Below, piece after piece: positions 63,654 through 64,000 of a stretch of 64,000 nt of DNA; positions within the stretch are counted from its first letter, which is position 1; every line of letters begins with the position of its first letter. Under the pieces are notes generated by a model, which made no database searches, was not told the DNA's origin, and saw only the letters and a program-made list of their open reading frames with translations. Source of the stretch: Mobula hypostoma (taxonomy: Eukaryota). The stretch spans positions 248,684,001 through 248,748,000 of the forward strand of contig NC_086097.1 in assembly GCF_963921235.1 (NCBI RefSeq), given 5' to 3'. The translations under genes were made by a program, and so were the position numbers.

Positions 63654-63781
63654 GTAGGATCAACCCAGTCCTGACGAAGGGTTCTGGCCCGAAACCTTTT
63701 CCACGGATGCTGCCCGGCCTGCTAAGTTCCTCCAGCGTGTTGTGAGTGTTGCTTTGACCCCAGCATCTGCAGATTATTTTG
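63654..63781 (+). mobile_element. 128-bp PLE pseudo-LTR insertion with partly deleted hammerhead
   Basis: TSD TGTGTAACCCT at 63643-63653 and 63782-63792; CAGTC-CTGACGA-AGGG..CCC-GAAAC followed by a deletion. Confidence 0.8.
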
Positions 63782-64000
63782 TGTGTAACCCTATGTAATT
63801 TCTAAAGTCAGTGCATGTTTGGCACAGCATTGTGGGCCAAAGGGCCTGTACTGTGCTGTACTATTCTATGTTCTATGTTCCATGTCTTTTGCTCCAAAGA
63901 AAAAAGCCCTAATCAGTCGATTTCTCCTCCTATGACATTCTCTGTAATCCAGGTGAAATCACAGCAAATCTCCTCTGGACCCTCTCTGAAGCTTCCACAT

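Overview
Eukaryotic, repeat-saturated non-genic (intergenic or intronic) DNA. The repeat set suggests a cartilaginous fish such as a ray or shark (inference, not tested): CR1 LINEs with esterase ORF1 and CTATGTTT/ATGGTCTT tails, Penelope-like elements (PLEs), Rex1/Babar and RTE LINEs, tRNA-derived SINEs, Tc1 and hAT DNA transposons, and solo LTRs. I recognise no host protein-coding gene; nearly all ORFs are transposon fragments or their antisense shadows. Main points: (1) a Sleeping Beauty-like Tc1 element with two right-type ends and deeply nested insertions (13914-20660); (2) a 1.35-kb Gmr1-like Gypsy gag/PBS derivative with 88-bp terminal inverted repeats between ~200-bp direct repeats, tandemly duplicated (24402-27701); (3) several minimal hammerhead ribozyme motifs in PLE pseudo-LTRs, with tiny PLE insertions whose junctions fall at the predicted cleavage site; (4) 36-bp and 45-bp tandem arrays. 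Family names come from recognising motifs by eye, not from database searches. Boundaries without a stated target-site duplication (TSD) are approximate.
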